Shown here: in pieces, positions 37,431 through 50,990 of the stretch | How the letters are laid out: each line of letters opens with the position of its first letter | How positions within the stretch are numbered: the stretch's first letter is position 1 | Assembly (NCBI RefSeq): GCF_039555335.1 | Contig: NC_092646.1 | Location: 36,859,911 to 36,923,910, forward strand | Direction: 5' to 3' | Origin: Amphiura filiformis | Taxonomy: Eukaryota | Length of the DNA: 64,000 nt | Position numbers and translations under genes: made by a program | Notes under the pieces: model-generated | The model's database searches: none | Told to the model about the DNA's origin: nothing | The model's input: only the letters and a program-made list of their open reading frames with translations

Positions 37431-38869
37431 TTAAAGTAGCCCAATTTCATTCCAGTTCAACCATCCATACACCCCCTATGAAAGACATGACCTACACAGG
37501 GGGTGTAGATTTCAAATAGAGCCACCTGTTCAGGTAACCCCATTTGAAATTCACACTCCCTGTGTGACAGATTAAGGTCATGTCTTCCATAGGGGTGTAT
37601 GGATATCAACTGTAATAGTCTAAATTTTGCACTAAATATCTGAATTTGGCAGAATGTGGGGGGGGGGGTCAGCACGGCCCTACCCAAACCAAACTGCACT
37701 TTTGACACTTGCTAAGTAAATACAGGATTGCAAACATAGTAATTACCTTATCCACTGAGTTTTTCTTACCTTTGGCCGTCGTCCATCTCTCCAGCCCCTT
37801 CTGCCAATTCCTGACTTGCCTGAGCCTCGAGGCTCCTTCAAACCCGCCTCGCCTCGAGCTCCAAACCCGCCTGCGCCTTGAGCTCCAAAAAACCCGCCTG
37901 CGCCTCGAGCTCCAAACCCCATCACATTGAATCCAACCTGATAAAACATTCAATTCAAAATAATTATGTTAATATATTTATTTATAAAATTTACATACAA
38001 ACAAACAAAACAAGCAACCAAACAAAATTCAGCAAACAAGTCCACTGGTATATCAGAAACTGGCATTAATATAATAGGCTATTCCAGATGAAATCCATAC
38101 ACCCCGATGGAAGACACAGGGAGTGTGAATTTCAAATAGGGTTACCTGAATGGGTGACTCCATTTGATATCTCCACTCCCATTGTGGGAGATTAAGGTCA
38201 TGTCTTCCATAGGGGGTGTATGGATTTCATCTGGAATAGCCCAATCAGAAATTGCATAAGTAACATATACCGTAAAAGTGGAAATTTTTTGTGGTACATG
38301 AATTTTTGTGCTTTTCGAGGGTAACACAGGTACAGCGAAAATAAAAACACTTGAATATGGTCTTTTAATGTGTAGGTCTACCGTATTTCATCAAATAGTC
38401 GCCCCCTCAAATAAACGCCCCACCACTTTTTTCAACCAAGACGTTTCAAAAATGCCGGTATTTCCATGCTATCTTGTGTAGTAAGCTTACCAAGTTGCCC
38501 ACATGGTCGATAATAGCGTCACTTTTGGCGAAAATCTGGATTGGAAACCCGGAAGTGAACCCGAAGTCAGTGTTTCTAGTTCATAGTTCGTCATTTTATT
38601 GTGAGTTTTAAGTTTATCTAATGATTTTAACAGGAATTATCGTTCTAAAATTGACCTTGAAAAACGCCCCCTTGGGAACATGTAACCCCCAGGGGCGTTT
38701 ATTTGACGAAATACGGTATTTAAGAAAATTCATAATCATAAAACGAAAAACTAGCAATATAGATCAATATCGGCAAAGCGCGTAAAATCACACACATGAA
38801 AATTACTACTTTTACAGTACTCAACTCTATACTCAATCCATTAACATGCATAGGATCAAGCCTCACAGA

Positions 38870-39470
38870 ATTCTAAAATTCCCACTTGCCCGCTGGGCAT
38901 GTCCACATAGAAATCTACTTGCCCGACTTAATATTTTACTTGCCCAACTCTATAGCCCAACTCTATACTCAATCCATTCAAATGCATAGGATCAAGCCTC
39001 ACAGAATTCTAAAATTCCCACTTGTTCGCTGGGCATGTCCACATAGAAATCTACTTGCCCGACTTAATATTTTACTTGCCCAACTCTATACTCAATCAAT
39101 TCAAATGCATAGGATCAAGCCTCACAGAATTTTAAAATTCCCACTTGCCCGCTGGGCATGTCCACATAGAAATCTACTTGCCCGACTTAATATTTTACTT
39201 GCCCAACTCTATAGCCCAACTCTATACTCAATCAATTCAAATGCATAGGATCAAGCCTCACAGAATTTAAAAATTCCCACTTGCCCGCTGGGCATGTCCA
39301 CATAGAAATCTACTTGCCCGACTTAATATTTTACTTGCCCAACTCTATAGCCCAACTCTATACTCAATCAATTCAAATGCATAGGATCATGCCTCACAGA
39401 ATTTAAAAATTCCCACTTGCCCGCTGGGCATGTCCACATAGAAATCACTTTCCCTACTTAATATTTTACT
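38870..39470. repeat. Tandem repeat, about 120-bp unit x5 (..atgcataggatcaagcctcacagaatt.taaaattcccacttgcccgctgggcatgtccacatagaaatctacttgcccgacttaatattttacttgcccaactctata..)
   Basis: Direct reading. No unique spacers, so not CRISPR-like. Confidence 0.9.
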
Positions 39471-41166
39471 TGCCCAGCTCAGTTCCAATTTTGTATGCAT
39501 AAAGTTTACAAATTTCGAATAGTCGATACTGCAATTGCCAGACGGACTAGGTAAGGTACGATTTTAGGGCATCTTCTACTGCCTGTTGCTTTGAGTTGGA
39601 GATAACAAAAATACTATGGCGTTTTGGGTCAAGCTGGGAGAAAAAATCCCAAGTCGACCTAAAATATCGTATCGCATACGATAGACCACCTAAGTTATCG
39701 TAAATCGGTTTCTCCCAGGTCTACCGTAAATTTTGGGTTGTTACATTCGGCCTGCAAACGCCAGGATTTTTAGCCAGATCGACCCAGTCGATCTCGACAA
39801 GCATGCAAATAGGCCTATACATACCCGCACGTGCCCGACCATGGCGATATACATGACAAGTATAAACCATTGTACAGCGTTCAGTCATCATACTTTCGCA
39901 AGCGCCGGTGACTTTTACGATATCTGTTTGTCTTGGCATCTAAATTAATTCACAGTCATAAGCCTAGGCCTACTCTATATTCGTATTTATTAAAGTAGGC
40001 CCACAGAGGCAAATTTAAGGAGATATATCCGGGGGCACTCACATGTTAAGGTGGTGCGGGTATGTGCGGCGCTCAAGGGTCCCTTTCTCAGGCTCTCCGG
40101 CAGTTCCTTAAGCCCCACATTTGGATCTGCTCAAATTTGGAAATAATTTAGAAATTTTTTTTTTTTCTGCCTATAATTTGGCCCTAATTTCAGTTCTTCA
40201 AGCCCCTATTTTGCCCGAAAATCAGTTCTTAGTTCCCAAAGTTTGGCGCTCCACGCCGCACACCCCTACCAAAATTTAAGTTGAGTGCCCCCCCGGGATA
40301 TATCATACTTCAAGTTTCCTAAGTTGCGTCAACACCATCATGATATAGGCCTAACATGCCTAAGCTTAAGCTTACATCCAAGTTCACATGGACGCGTACT
40401 GCGAGTCTGTGACTCGATGTTTCAGACTTGTGAGAAATAAATTATGAGAAGAGGTCAAAAAGGATCAAATAAAATAATCCAACAAAGAATCACCCTGCCT
40501 AAGTGCCGGACATATGCCTGCATGTTTTATATTATTATCCACCACGAAAGGAGTGCCAATTTCTATTAGCCTAAGCTGTCTTTCTATCAACAAGCGCAGC
40601 ATCTCCCATCTTGACCAATTTGGCAATACTAGTAGTACTTTTGCATGGTTTCGTTTGCTAAATGAAATGCTGCAAATGTTTTTATTCTTCTTGTTGGAAG
40701 TTCTTGATTTGTATAAATATATATATATATATATATATTTTCATATCGAAAAGTGCATAATTCTAATAATATCTGTCATTTTAAAAACCCATTCAGTGAT
40801 CCCAGCGCGAGTGTAAAAAATAAAATTGTTTATAAATTGCTTAAAAGTTAAGGCTAAGTCATTCAAATTGTCATTCGGTATTTTTGAAATGAACAAATTA
40901 AAGATTTGGCAAATAACAAAGAAAACAGCAGAATGGACGAAGTAGAAGCCCCACTCAAATGCATGTAACTAATTTATATACTGTCAGTTATATATCTGAA
41001 TTTGGATGATTTTTACGATCATCCGGATGAGCAAATCACTGAATGGGCCTTTATATCCCTCTGTTGTTGGTTGCCCGGCATCAAATTTTGGTTGTCTCGG
41101 GCAGCCGGGCAAGCCATTCTGTGAACCCTGCATGGGATATAGAGGGCAATGCATACCTTTTCATTG

Positions 41167-41326
41167 AAAATGCCCTCTATTTGTTGGTTCTGTGAGGAAA
41201 TCTCACTCTGCATGTCCATGGCCATATGGCATAAGTTGTCCACTTTGTTGGCCACTTCTTGGATGCTTTCATCCATCTGATCTTCCTGAGTATCCTTGGT
41301 TTTGCTTGACCTTGTCCTAATAAATG
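41167..41326 (-). CDS. Exon encoding SNAP-25-family C-terminal (Qc) SNARE motif: ..DTQEDQMDESIQEVANKVDNLCHMAMDMQSEISSQNQQIEGIFNEK
   Basis: Acceptor tttgtttgcatttattag|G, donor AAG|gtatgc. Compare SNAP-25 [36 protein letters not shown]. Confidence 0.65.
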
Positions 41327-41489
41327 CAAACAAATTTTGAAGCAAAACAAAAACAAAAATAGTGACAAACTTTATTTGCAAGTGGAAGATCTGCCAACTA
41401 AGCTATAATAAAAATGAAATGAAATTTTAAATTTTAAAATTAAATTGGGGAATGGGGATTTATTATAGTGTATGATGCCAACCTGCAGG

Positions 41490-41870
41490 CAAACTTAGCA
41501 AGTTAGCTCAATCGATAAGGCGTTCGACTATGGTGGGAGAGGTTGCGGGTTCGAACCCTGGTGGTGCCTAGTATGTTCTCGTGAAAAATTGAGTTAGATT
41601 GAGTTGCTAATTGTCTCGTTGTAACCCGTACGAAACTCGGGGAGCTGATCCTGGTTGCAAAGGTTATTTGTGGATTGTCTAGGGTGTGCGCTCTTGAAGC
41701 AGCAAAGTCCCTGATTTGTTGTTTAATGGTTTATGGAATGTTGTGGGCCATAGTGATCAGCGACAACCTGTAAAGTGTGCTGAGGCTTGTGGAACAACGT
41801 CTGTGCCTGTGCGTATAGTGCACTATAAATCACTGCGCTTTTTTTTTTATATAAACCATTTTACAACATT
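41490..41870 (+). mobile_element. tRNA-derived SINE (tRNA-like head with GGTTCGAACCC T-loop, 3' tail ..gcgcttttttttttatataaa)
   Basis: tRNA-like but imperfect cloverleaf. Tail related to L2-like LINE tail at 23300-23350. Confidence 0.5.
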
Positions 41871-42239
41871 CAGAGATGAAGCTCAATATAGGCGCATGCA
41901 GTCTCCTAGTCTAGGAACACAGCCAGCATCAGTTCCCTGAGAAACATACGGGTAAGGGGGAATGCAAAATGTTTTGCCAGGAAAGAGGGGGGAATGTTAA
42001 GTTTTAAATGGAGAAATTTCATAAAATAAGGGGGAAAGCGGAATTTTTGAATGGAAGCGAAAGGGGAACACAAATTTTTTGGTCAAAAAAATTGAAATCC
42101 TCCATTCCCCCCTGGTGTAAATAGTGACCGGTCCCTAAACTGAGACAAAAGGCAGCTACTCCCCATTACAGAAAAATACAGCACAATAGTTTCTCAAACT
42201 GAACTTTTGAAGAGTTTGTAGGAAAATTATAAAACTCAA

Positions 42240-42505
42240 ATATGTGACCATCCTCCACAACTGAGCACGGATGTCGCCAGTGCACTATTGAGATATGCTC
42301 CATCAAACTTAACAATAAACAATAGGAAACAAAGGATTTATTGACTGTTTTATCAATTTTTCACTACTTAAATGTCAAGCACTATAGACATGATATACAT
42401 CATTTTAAAGCTAATTTCAAGCAGAATATTTTGGTTGAATATCTCAAAAATGATGATTGGCGACTTCAGGGCTCAGTTGTGCTGAGGGGTCACATATGTG
42501 AATGT
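42240..42505. mobile_element. Second copy of the 9.7 kb MITE family
   Basis: Sequence similarity over whole length incl. TIR ..cacaactgagc.cggatgtcgcca. Confidence 0.7.
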
Positions 42506-43269
42506 CCCTACCTCTACCTCTGAGAGATTAAAATTCAGTGATGCCAACGCCGCGCCTTAGGCGCACAATTGGGCTACTTGGCGATCACTTGCCGCTACTC
42601 AAAAAAGCATGCCGCTAGTTGTCTAAAATTGGGCTACTTTTGCCAGTCTCAGGCCGCGGCAGTAATTTGATGTATTTTCCTTTCAATTTAGCCGATTTAT
42701 AAAGGTTTTGAGTCTTTGAAGCCCCAAATTGACATTTTGCGTTCTAAATTCGGGTAAATCCGCCCAAATATTCGATATTGGGTGCTTTTTTGGAAGCTTA
42801 AAAAATTGGGCTACTTGAGAATCCTTTACAGCGGCCTGGCGAGTCAATGCGCCGTATACCTTGACGCTGAAAAGTTTTGGCAACACTGTTAAAATTACCA
42901 AGATTCATTTACTGTTCTATGAGTCATTGTGGTGCATGTTTTTGCTTCTATATTATCCAAACTGCTGGAGCAATCATTCAACTCAAAACTTGGGAATCAG
43001 ATTGTTTTGGTGATATGCCTCAAATTAGGCTGGAGCATGGGTAAAATTTCAAATAGAATAGACAGTTAGGTAACATCCATTTGAAATACTCACTTCTGTT
43101 GTGGAAAATATAGGTAAAGCAATAATACAGTGGGGAGGATGGATTTCAAAATGATTAACCCTGGCCAATTATACTTAAAAAACATACACCCCCTGTGGAA
43201 GATATTTCTAAAATCTTCAACAGGGGTAGTGTGGATTTCAACAGGAATAACCCAATGCAATATACAAAT

Positions 43270-46200
43270 TATTATTATTATTATTATTATAACACATTTA
43301 TAAAGCGCATAAACGTAAAAAACATCTCAATGCGCTAACAAGCAAAATGGCAAAAGCAACAAACAAAGAGTACTCATTACATTGCAAAATAAATAATGTG
43401 GGAAAAACATGACAAAAGTTAAACAAGGAAAGCAATTCTGTACAGGTGGGTTTTTAGCTGCGATTTAAATTGAGCAAGATTGGGTGATTTATGGATCTGT
43501 TCCGGGAGGCGTTCCACAGTATTTAGGCGGCAACAGCAAAAGCCCGTTCACCATAGGTCTTTGTTCGGGAGCGGACAATTTGCAGATGGTCATTGGGACG
43601 CACATTACCTGACCTAAGGGCACGAGGTGGAATATAAAGGGTGATCAATTCAGACAAGTATGGAGCAGCAATACCGTTGAACTCCTAGTCTGTGAGGAGG
43701 AGGATTTTGAATTGAATTCTCTCCTCAATTGGGAGCCAGTGAAGTTGGTCGCGAAGACTTGGAGTTATGTGATCCCGCTTTTTTGTAAGTGAAATTAGAC
43801 GAGCGGCCATGTTTTGGATTCTTTGGAGTTTGTTTATATCTTTCTGTGGGAGACCGTGGAGGAGTGAATTGCAATGATCAAGCCTGCTGATGACAAAAGC
43901 CTGGATGAGTTTGTGAGTGGAGTCCTGGTCAAGGTATTTGCTTGCAGCTTCCCAATCTTGCTCAATGCAAATGTAGCGCCGCGGCACAAGTTATTGACAT
44001 GCTTGTCCATCCTAAGATGTTGATCAAGAACTGCACCAAGATTTCTCACTTGGGGTGTAGGATGGAAAGCAGCATCACCCACACTGATAGAAGGCAATTG
44101 ACGAGGCATTGCAAAACGAGAAGTGAAATGAATAATTTCTGTTTTGCTATCATTTAAAACAAGAAAATTAGAGGACATCCATAATTTTATGTCCTTGACA
44201 CAATTCTCAATTTTCTCTATAGCGCTGTCCTGATTTTTGACATTGAAACTGATATACAGTTGAGAATCATCAGCAAACTTCATACAGGAGAGTCCATGAG
44301 CAGTAATTATGCTCTCCAGGGGGCAGTATAGAGAATAAAACAAATGGGACCACACACCGACCCCTGTGGCATACCATAATCTATCTCAACAGGATGAGAC
44401 AACACTCCATCAACAAGGACACTTTGACTCCTGTTTTGAAGATACGAGGAGAACAAGTTGAGTGCAGAGCCTCCGACACCATAGCGTGATTTCAGACGAT
44501 TAATGAACACCTTATGGTCTATGGTGTCGAAGGCTGCAGTTAAGTCTAGGAGGACCAAAATGGTCTCACCACCTTGTTTATCAAGATCCATGAGGATGTC
44601 ATTATACACACGAGTTAGGGCAGTCTCAATACTATGGTACTGCCTGTACGCCGACTGAGAAGAAGCAAAAAAATTGTTAGAGTTTAAATACTCAACATAC
44701 TGCTTCATAGCACAGCGCTCAATGACCTTACTCAGAAATGCCAAGTTAGAAATAGGCCTGTAATTTTTCATTGTTTCTGGGTCGAGACTGGGCTTCTTCA
44801 GAATCGGCGTAACAAGGGCAGATTTCAGAGCATTGGGAAAAACACCCGTTTTAAGAGACATATTGGTAATTGTAGTGATATGTGGCAAAAGCAAGTCTAG
44901 ATTGTCTGCTATCAAACAAGCAGGAAGGGGATCAAGAGAACATGATTTAATTTTTGATCCCTTGATAATTTCAAAAACCTCGTCTTCGGTCACTGGACAA
45001 AATTTGGTAAAAGAGCTACTACACGATTCCTCGTTGAGCCCTGCAACAGAGCAATGACTCTGTTGTTTTGCAGCAAGAGTACAACGGAGAGCCCTAACTT
45101 TGTTGTCGAAAAAACTCTGCAAAATCTTGGACAAGGTTCTCCTTAGAGCTGTGGGAAGGGAGCACCTGTTTTGGTTTGTGCACAGACAATCTATCAATGA
45201 CACGGAAAAGTTGTTTTTGGTCACAGTTTTTGATTTCAAGTTGATGATATTCTCTCTTGGAAGCATTAAGTGCTTCTCTGTATACTTTACATTTTTCAGT
45301 AAGTATTTGTTTGTGAACTGTCAAACCCGTCTTTTTCCACTTGCGCTCAGCTGCACGTTTAACACGTTTGAGGCTGTGGAGGTTCTCATTGTACCAAGAT
45401 GTATTTGGTCTTGGAATAATACTATGTGTAGTCAATGGGGCATGGTTATCCAAGACTTCACTTAAAACTGAGTTGTAATTACTAACATATATGTCTAAAT
45501 CATTACAAGGATCATTGAGATTAGAAGACAGAATATCATTACGAAATTCTTCAGTGTTTATTTGGCGGATCTTGCGAAACTTGATCTGAATACGGCGCAA
45601 CTGGAGGACGAACAAGATTGACATTAAACCTGATAACATAGTGCGGTAAAGGCATAGTATGCACCACATGAACGCCACCTATGCAGTTGTTATTCTCATT
45701 AGTAATGAGAAGATCAAGCCAATGTCCTGCAGTATGCGTTGGTTCAGATACAAGCTGGACAAGACCTGCTGAGGCTAGGATCTCATTTAAGGTTCTAGTG
45801 TCACTTAAGTCAGGTATGTCCATATGGAAGTTAAAGTCACCACAGATGATCATGGGTGTAGTACACAGACATGCAGTTTCAAGTAAGCTGTTGAATTCTT
45901 GGAAGAAGACAGATGGTGGAACTTTGCTACACTTGCTGGGCGGTCTGTAGATGGTTATCAGCTTCAGATGATCTTGCATTCCTGAGGTGATTGACAATTC
46001 AAGGCAATCAGATGATTGGAAACTATGTTTTTTCTCAACAGTTTCAAATCCGTCACGGAGGATAACACAAATGCCTCCACCTCTCTTGCCTAAGCGGGGA
46101 AGTGTGTGGAATTTGTAACCAGGGAGAGTGTTTGATATGTCTGCAAAGGCATGATCATCTCGGCTATCACCATAGAGCCATGCTTGGTTAGTGCAAATAT

Positions 46201-46700
46201 GTCCAGTTGCTCAGATTCTATGAAATCACCAATGTCAGTGATTTTGTTCATCATTGATTGTGCGTTCCACACAGCCATTTTACACGCGCTGGATTTACTT
46301 TGATGAACAGTGATAGGATGGGTTGGTTTTAGGCTCTCTGCAGTAGACTTTTTTCCTCGTCTAGTGGGCTTTTGGGCATTTAGACCAAGGGACTTGATCT
46401 TTTCCCAGTCAGCTTGGGCAAGTCTAGCAGTAACAGAGTTGTACTTGAGAAGTTCTTTCCTAGTGTATTTGACAGGTCCACACATTGTTTTGATGATGTA
46501 GTCAATTTGATTAACAAACTGATAAGTGGATACTTGAGAGTGGTAATCAATGAGATGAGTACTCACTTGAGAGTTAGACTGATCACAACTTGAGATGGAA
46601 TCAGTTGTTGTCACAGATAATGCAATAATCAATATTGCAACACTGTAGTAACCAGTATTATGTAGTAGCCATTGGCAGTTTTAAGCTTTCCCAGATGAAA
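43270..46700 (-). mobile_element. CR1/L2-like non-LTR retrotransposon, near full length but frameshifted (ORF1-like region, apurinic endonuclease, RT, C-terminal domain). 3' end with (ATT)n-like tail
   Basis: Minus-strand ORFs. Endonuclease (AVWNAQSMMNK..DIFALTKHG; ..ICGDFNFHMD..). RT (..LLDLTAAFDTIDH.., YGMPQGSVCGPICFILY). C-terminal ISRLDHCNSLL motif. Six broken ORFs, so inactive copy. Confidence 0.85.
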
Positions 46701-47319
46701 TGATGAATTCGACAAAGTCAAAATATTTCTCCTCTTAGTTATCAGAAAGTCACAGGAACAAGTAGAGCGACTTCAGAACAGCAAAAGAGGAAGACAGTTA
46801 ACTTTGTAGGGTAGTCACAGTCCTACCACAAGGCCAAAACATAACTTTTGACAGAGAGCTGTACAGGGTGCTACCAACCGGTGCACACCTAAGCAAGAAA
46901 ACACCATACAAAACTAGAATTTTGCATTTCTTGGCCTTGCACGGTTCTCAAATAGGGTTGTTGTAAAAAAAATTTGAAAGAAAATATTTTTGAAAAACAA
47001 ATTTAAAAGAAAAGTTTTCTGAAAATAAAAAAATGAAAACAAAATATGCAAATTACCTCATCATCATTATACATAATTATGCAAATTAGATTCCACAAAA
47101 ACAAAGTTTCTAACTTTGGCCTAGAATATTTGAAGTCAATCTGTCTATTAAGAGATGCAACAACTGGTTGGACAGAGGGCTATTTAGTGCAAAATATGTA
47201 AATGAGCTCATTATCTTAACCAATATGCGAATTAGACCCTCCATAAAACAACCAGTTTCTGACCGTGACCAAACTACCCCAGAATATCCAATGTCAATTA
47301 TGAATCTTCCTCTCCATTT

Positions 47320-47985
47320 AAGGTTGGTCTGAACCCTGGAATTATGGAAACTTTCGGGCCTCATAACTTCTAAATTGTTTGTCTAAAGTATATAAAAGTA
47401 TACATATTTAGAATGGCAAAGACTGGATAAGTTCATCTGTGAGGTCAAATTTGGGCCAAAATGGCACTTTTGGCCCAAAATCCCCAAAATAACGGTTTTG
47501 GCCCACTTCTTTTTTGTGTACCGTAACAAAAAAATTCTTGGGCCAAAATTTAATTTTTATTAATTTTTAAAAAACTAGATCAAAATATCTAGGACCCGAT
47601 TTTTCATTTTTTTGAATTTTGACCAATTTCACCAAAAATATTTGAAATTTGTTACAAAATCTGGCTTTTTATGATTTTTTTGAAAAATCAACATTTTTTG
47701 ACCATTTTTGGCGCAAATTTCTCAAAGTTAGTCGAAATTAAAAATGAAAAATGAAAAAAGCGGGTCCTAGATATTTTGATCTAGTTTTTAAAAATTAATT
47801 TAAAAAACCCGTTATTTTTAGATTTTGGGCCATAAAAGTGCCATTTTGGCCCAAATTTGACCTCACAGATGAACTTATCAAGTCTTTGCCATTCTAAATA
47901 TGTATACTTTTATATACTTTAGACCAACAATTTAGAAGTTATGAGGCCCGAAAGTTTCCATAATTCCAGGGTTCAGACCAACCTT
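47320..47985. mobile_element. About 665-bp near-perfect palindrome / foldback element
   Basis: 47320-47640 mirrors 47660-47985 (..gggccaaaatggcacttttggcccaaaat.. / ..attttgggccataaaagtgccattttggccc..). Confidence 0.8.
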
Positions 47986-48774
47986 AAGAGTTATAGCATC
48001 CAGACGGATGGTGGAATTGCTCATGATCATTATTATGTTTTGATGAATCCAAGTGTGTGAAAATATTGGATCCAACAAATAATAATGATAAAATTGGATG
48101 CTTTTCGCCCAATATTTATTGGTCTCGCTATGAGTTTTAAAACATTGGACTCGACTACGTCTCATCTAATATTTTAAACTCATAGCTCAACCAATATAAA
48201 ATTGGGCTCAATCGATCCAATTTTATATCATTATGTTCTCAGAATCTTCCTTTCCATACTTTGTACAGAGTTGAAGATTCCAATATATTCAACACTTGGA
48301 CTGTGTTGGATAGGCTTTATATCACTTTTTTCCCAACATTTTTGACCATGAAAAGATTCTGAAAACATAACAAAATTGGATGTTTCACCCAATACAAAAT
48401 TTATTGTTCTCGCTACGAGTTTTAAAATATTAGACTCATTATGTGTCATCCAATATTTTAAAACTTATTTCTCGACCAATAAATTTGTGTATTGGGTTCC
48501 AACCATTCAATTGTATATCAACAGCTAATAAATTTGTTATTTCTTACCGGGCATAATCATCTCTGTCCTCAGGGAAACGTGCAGCAGGGCGGTCACGGCA
48601 TCTCTCTCTGGTATCAGTGAAACTTGCAACACGGCGTTCAATGAGTCTATTGATTTAAACAAGATATAAACAACTTTTATTAGTAGGGTATATAATCATA
48701 ATGTACTACAGAAATTATTTCTTAAAGGGGCGTGGTCCAATCGTTTCATGCTGGTTTGTTTCTACCTTACATTA

Positions 48775-49310
48775 AGGGATGGGGTATGAACGTTTGGGCA
48801 GTATTTATTGTGAGACATTAGAGCACATCAGACATATCAAATTGCATTCTGAATACGAAGAATGTCCTCCTGATATCAAATAATTTTGATTTTTTGAAAT
48901 TTGCAATGTAATACACATTTTATGGCAAATGATTAAAAATATCAATTTTTAATATTTAACAGTACTCGAAGTAAACTTTATAAATCTGATGATTTATACT
49001 TAAGGTGTATGTAGGTGGGATGAATAGCCCACGATCAATTGAAAATTTTGACCTTTCGTATTGAAGATATGGATTTTTTTCCTATTTTAAGAATATATCA
49101 TTAGATTTATAAAATTTACTTCGAGGACTATTATATATCAAAAATGTGAAAAATATCAAATTTTAATAATTTGTCCTAAAATTTGTATTATATCGTGAAT
49201 TTCAAAAAATGAAAATTATTTGATATCAGAAAGACATTCTTCGTATTCAGAATGCAATTCGATATGTCTGATGTGCTCTCATGTCCCACAAAAAATACTG
49301 TAGAAACACT
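48775..49310. mobile_element. Foldback element (arms ..gagcacatcagacatatcaaattgcattctgaatacgaagaatg.. ). Second copy split at 54895-54990 and 55495-56045 by a nested LINE 3' fragment. Fragment at 23990-24080
   Basis: Long inverted arms. Homologous copies. Confidence 0.75.
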
Positions 49311-50179
49311 CAAAATGCTCATTCCAGATCCCTTAAGGCATGCCATTAAAACAATATGTGTCCCAATTTTGAGTTGTATTAAATTGCTCCAGTGGTTTTG
49401 ATATGAGAAGCAAAATCATGTATAGCAATGCCCCATAGGATAGTAGACACACTTACGGTGCGGTCACCACATTTCACTATGTTTTTGTTCACAAATGAAA
49501 CATATCTCATTGTGTTAATTTTACTGGGATAGTGACAAAAATATGAGCTTTCTTTTGATTAAGTTTTTATGAAGACAAAAGCAGCTATGCTGCTGAATTC
49601 TCACCCAAATTTATCATTCACAATTAATTAATATTGAGTCTAATGGGAGGAATTTCGAAATTTTACCCCTACATGAACTTTGACCTCAAGTGACCTCTGC
49701 TTTACTTTAAACATGTTTCCCTCCTCTTTGGGTTTATATCCACAAACTTTGAGCCCAATAAAACCTATTTCAAATTTGACCCCTAAATGACCTCTGACCT
49801 CAACATTGATTTATTTCAAAAAGTGTTAGGGGGAACTTTTGTAAGTCAAGACTTTCAGATGTGAAAAGAATGCTCCCCACGATTTACCCCAAAATGACCT
49901 CAATGACTACACCCATTGCATTTTTTTTGCATCTTTTTGTGCATTTTGTGAAGAAATGAGAAAAAATTGGTGAAAAAAATTAGAAAAAAAAGTGGTATAC
50001 AAAATGAAGGGGTAAATCTTCTTGTTCTATTGGTGGCATCAGTATCAATGTAGCTTACATGCTTTTACTTTTTGCCTTCTACCTTTAAAGGCATGTAAGA
50101 CCAAATTAAATGTTATCCCTTATTTGACTGCCACATATACTGGGTTTTTTTTTCATGCATTTTACATATTATATTAAAG

Positions 50180-50520
50180 GAGTATTTCGTGATCCTAGCA
50201 TCCTCTTTTTATGACATTTTTCAGTACATATCCACGACAAAAGCATATTCCAAAAATTTCAGTTGATTCCGATATTGCGCTTTGCGAGTTATGCATGATT
50301 ATGTGTATTACACTGCTCCATAGACAATACGTTGTAATTTCGTTCTGGTGCACCAGAACGAAATTCAAATTTCATGATATCTTTGCTAAACGAATTAATC
50401 TGCAAGAAATATTTTGTACATAAACATTATGTAGCCAGAGGTTTCCAGTGATATAAAAATCTCAACTTTTTTTGAGAAAAGTGGGGGATGAGGCTGTGGA
50501 TCACGAAGTGCCCCTTTAAT
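50180..50520. mobile_element. MITE with TIR taaaggagtatttcgtgatcc...ggatcacgaagtgcccctttaat
   Basis: Inverted termini. Confidence 0.6.
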
Positions 50521-50609
50521 AGCACACCTACACTAGCTACAATCAAATAGTTTTTGATGGGTCCTAATTAGGATATTGAATACTACAACCCAGGAAAAAT
50601 AGTGGAGGG

Positions 50610-50990
50610 CGAGTTAGCGCAGCGGTAGTTCCCTCGCTTTGCACCACTGAGGTCCCGGGTTCAAGCCCGGCGCGCCCAAGGACTCATGTGCACTTGGTTT
50701 ATCCCGATTCCATGCTCGCTCTCGCAGGTTTTCTACGGGATCTCCGGTTTCCTCCTGCTTTCAAAAAAAAATCGGTGATATAGTTGTTTGGCTATCAAAA
50801 CTTCCTTCACCCAATGGAATTTGAGGAGCTGCATAGATAATTGGTGGATGTTACAATCTAAGTGCGGATAGGTTTTGCGCCAAGTTCGGCTGCAACCAGC
50901 CTAGTTGATGCGATCTGATTGTGATGATTCACCATGGCAGCGGTTACAGCGCTTTGATCCTCTAAGATCCGGAAAAGGCGCTATATAAAA
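50610..50990 (+). mobile_element. tRNA-derived SINE: head gagttagcgcagcggtag...tcccgggttcaagcccgg, internal A-run, 3' end ..cagcggttacagcgctttgatcc..ggaaaaggcgctatataaaa shared with L2-like LINE tail
   Basis: A-box/B-box-like tRNA motifs. 3' terminus homologous to 23290-23345. Confidence 0.6.

Noticed and set aside
38870-39470. CRISPR-like regular repeat array
   Set aside because: Eukaryotic context. Units are fully repetitive with no unique spacers.
32720-41326. Single gene combining the SNAP-25-like Qc exon and VAMP-like R-SNARE exon
   Set aside because: No known SNARE has Qc followed by R motif, and no connecting exons/phase evidence. Treated as two separate loci.
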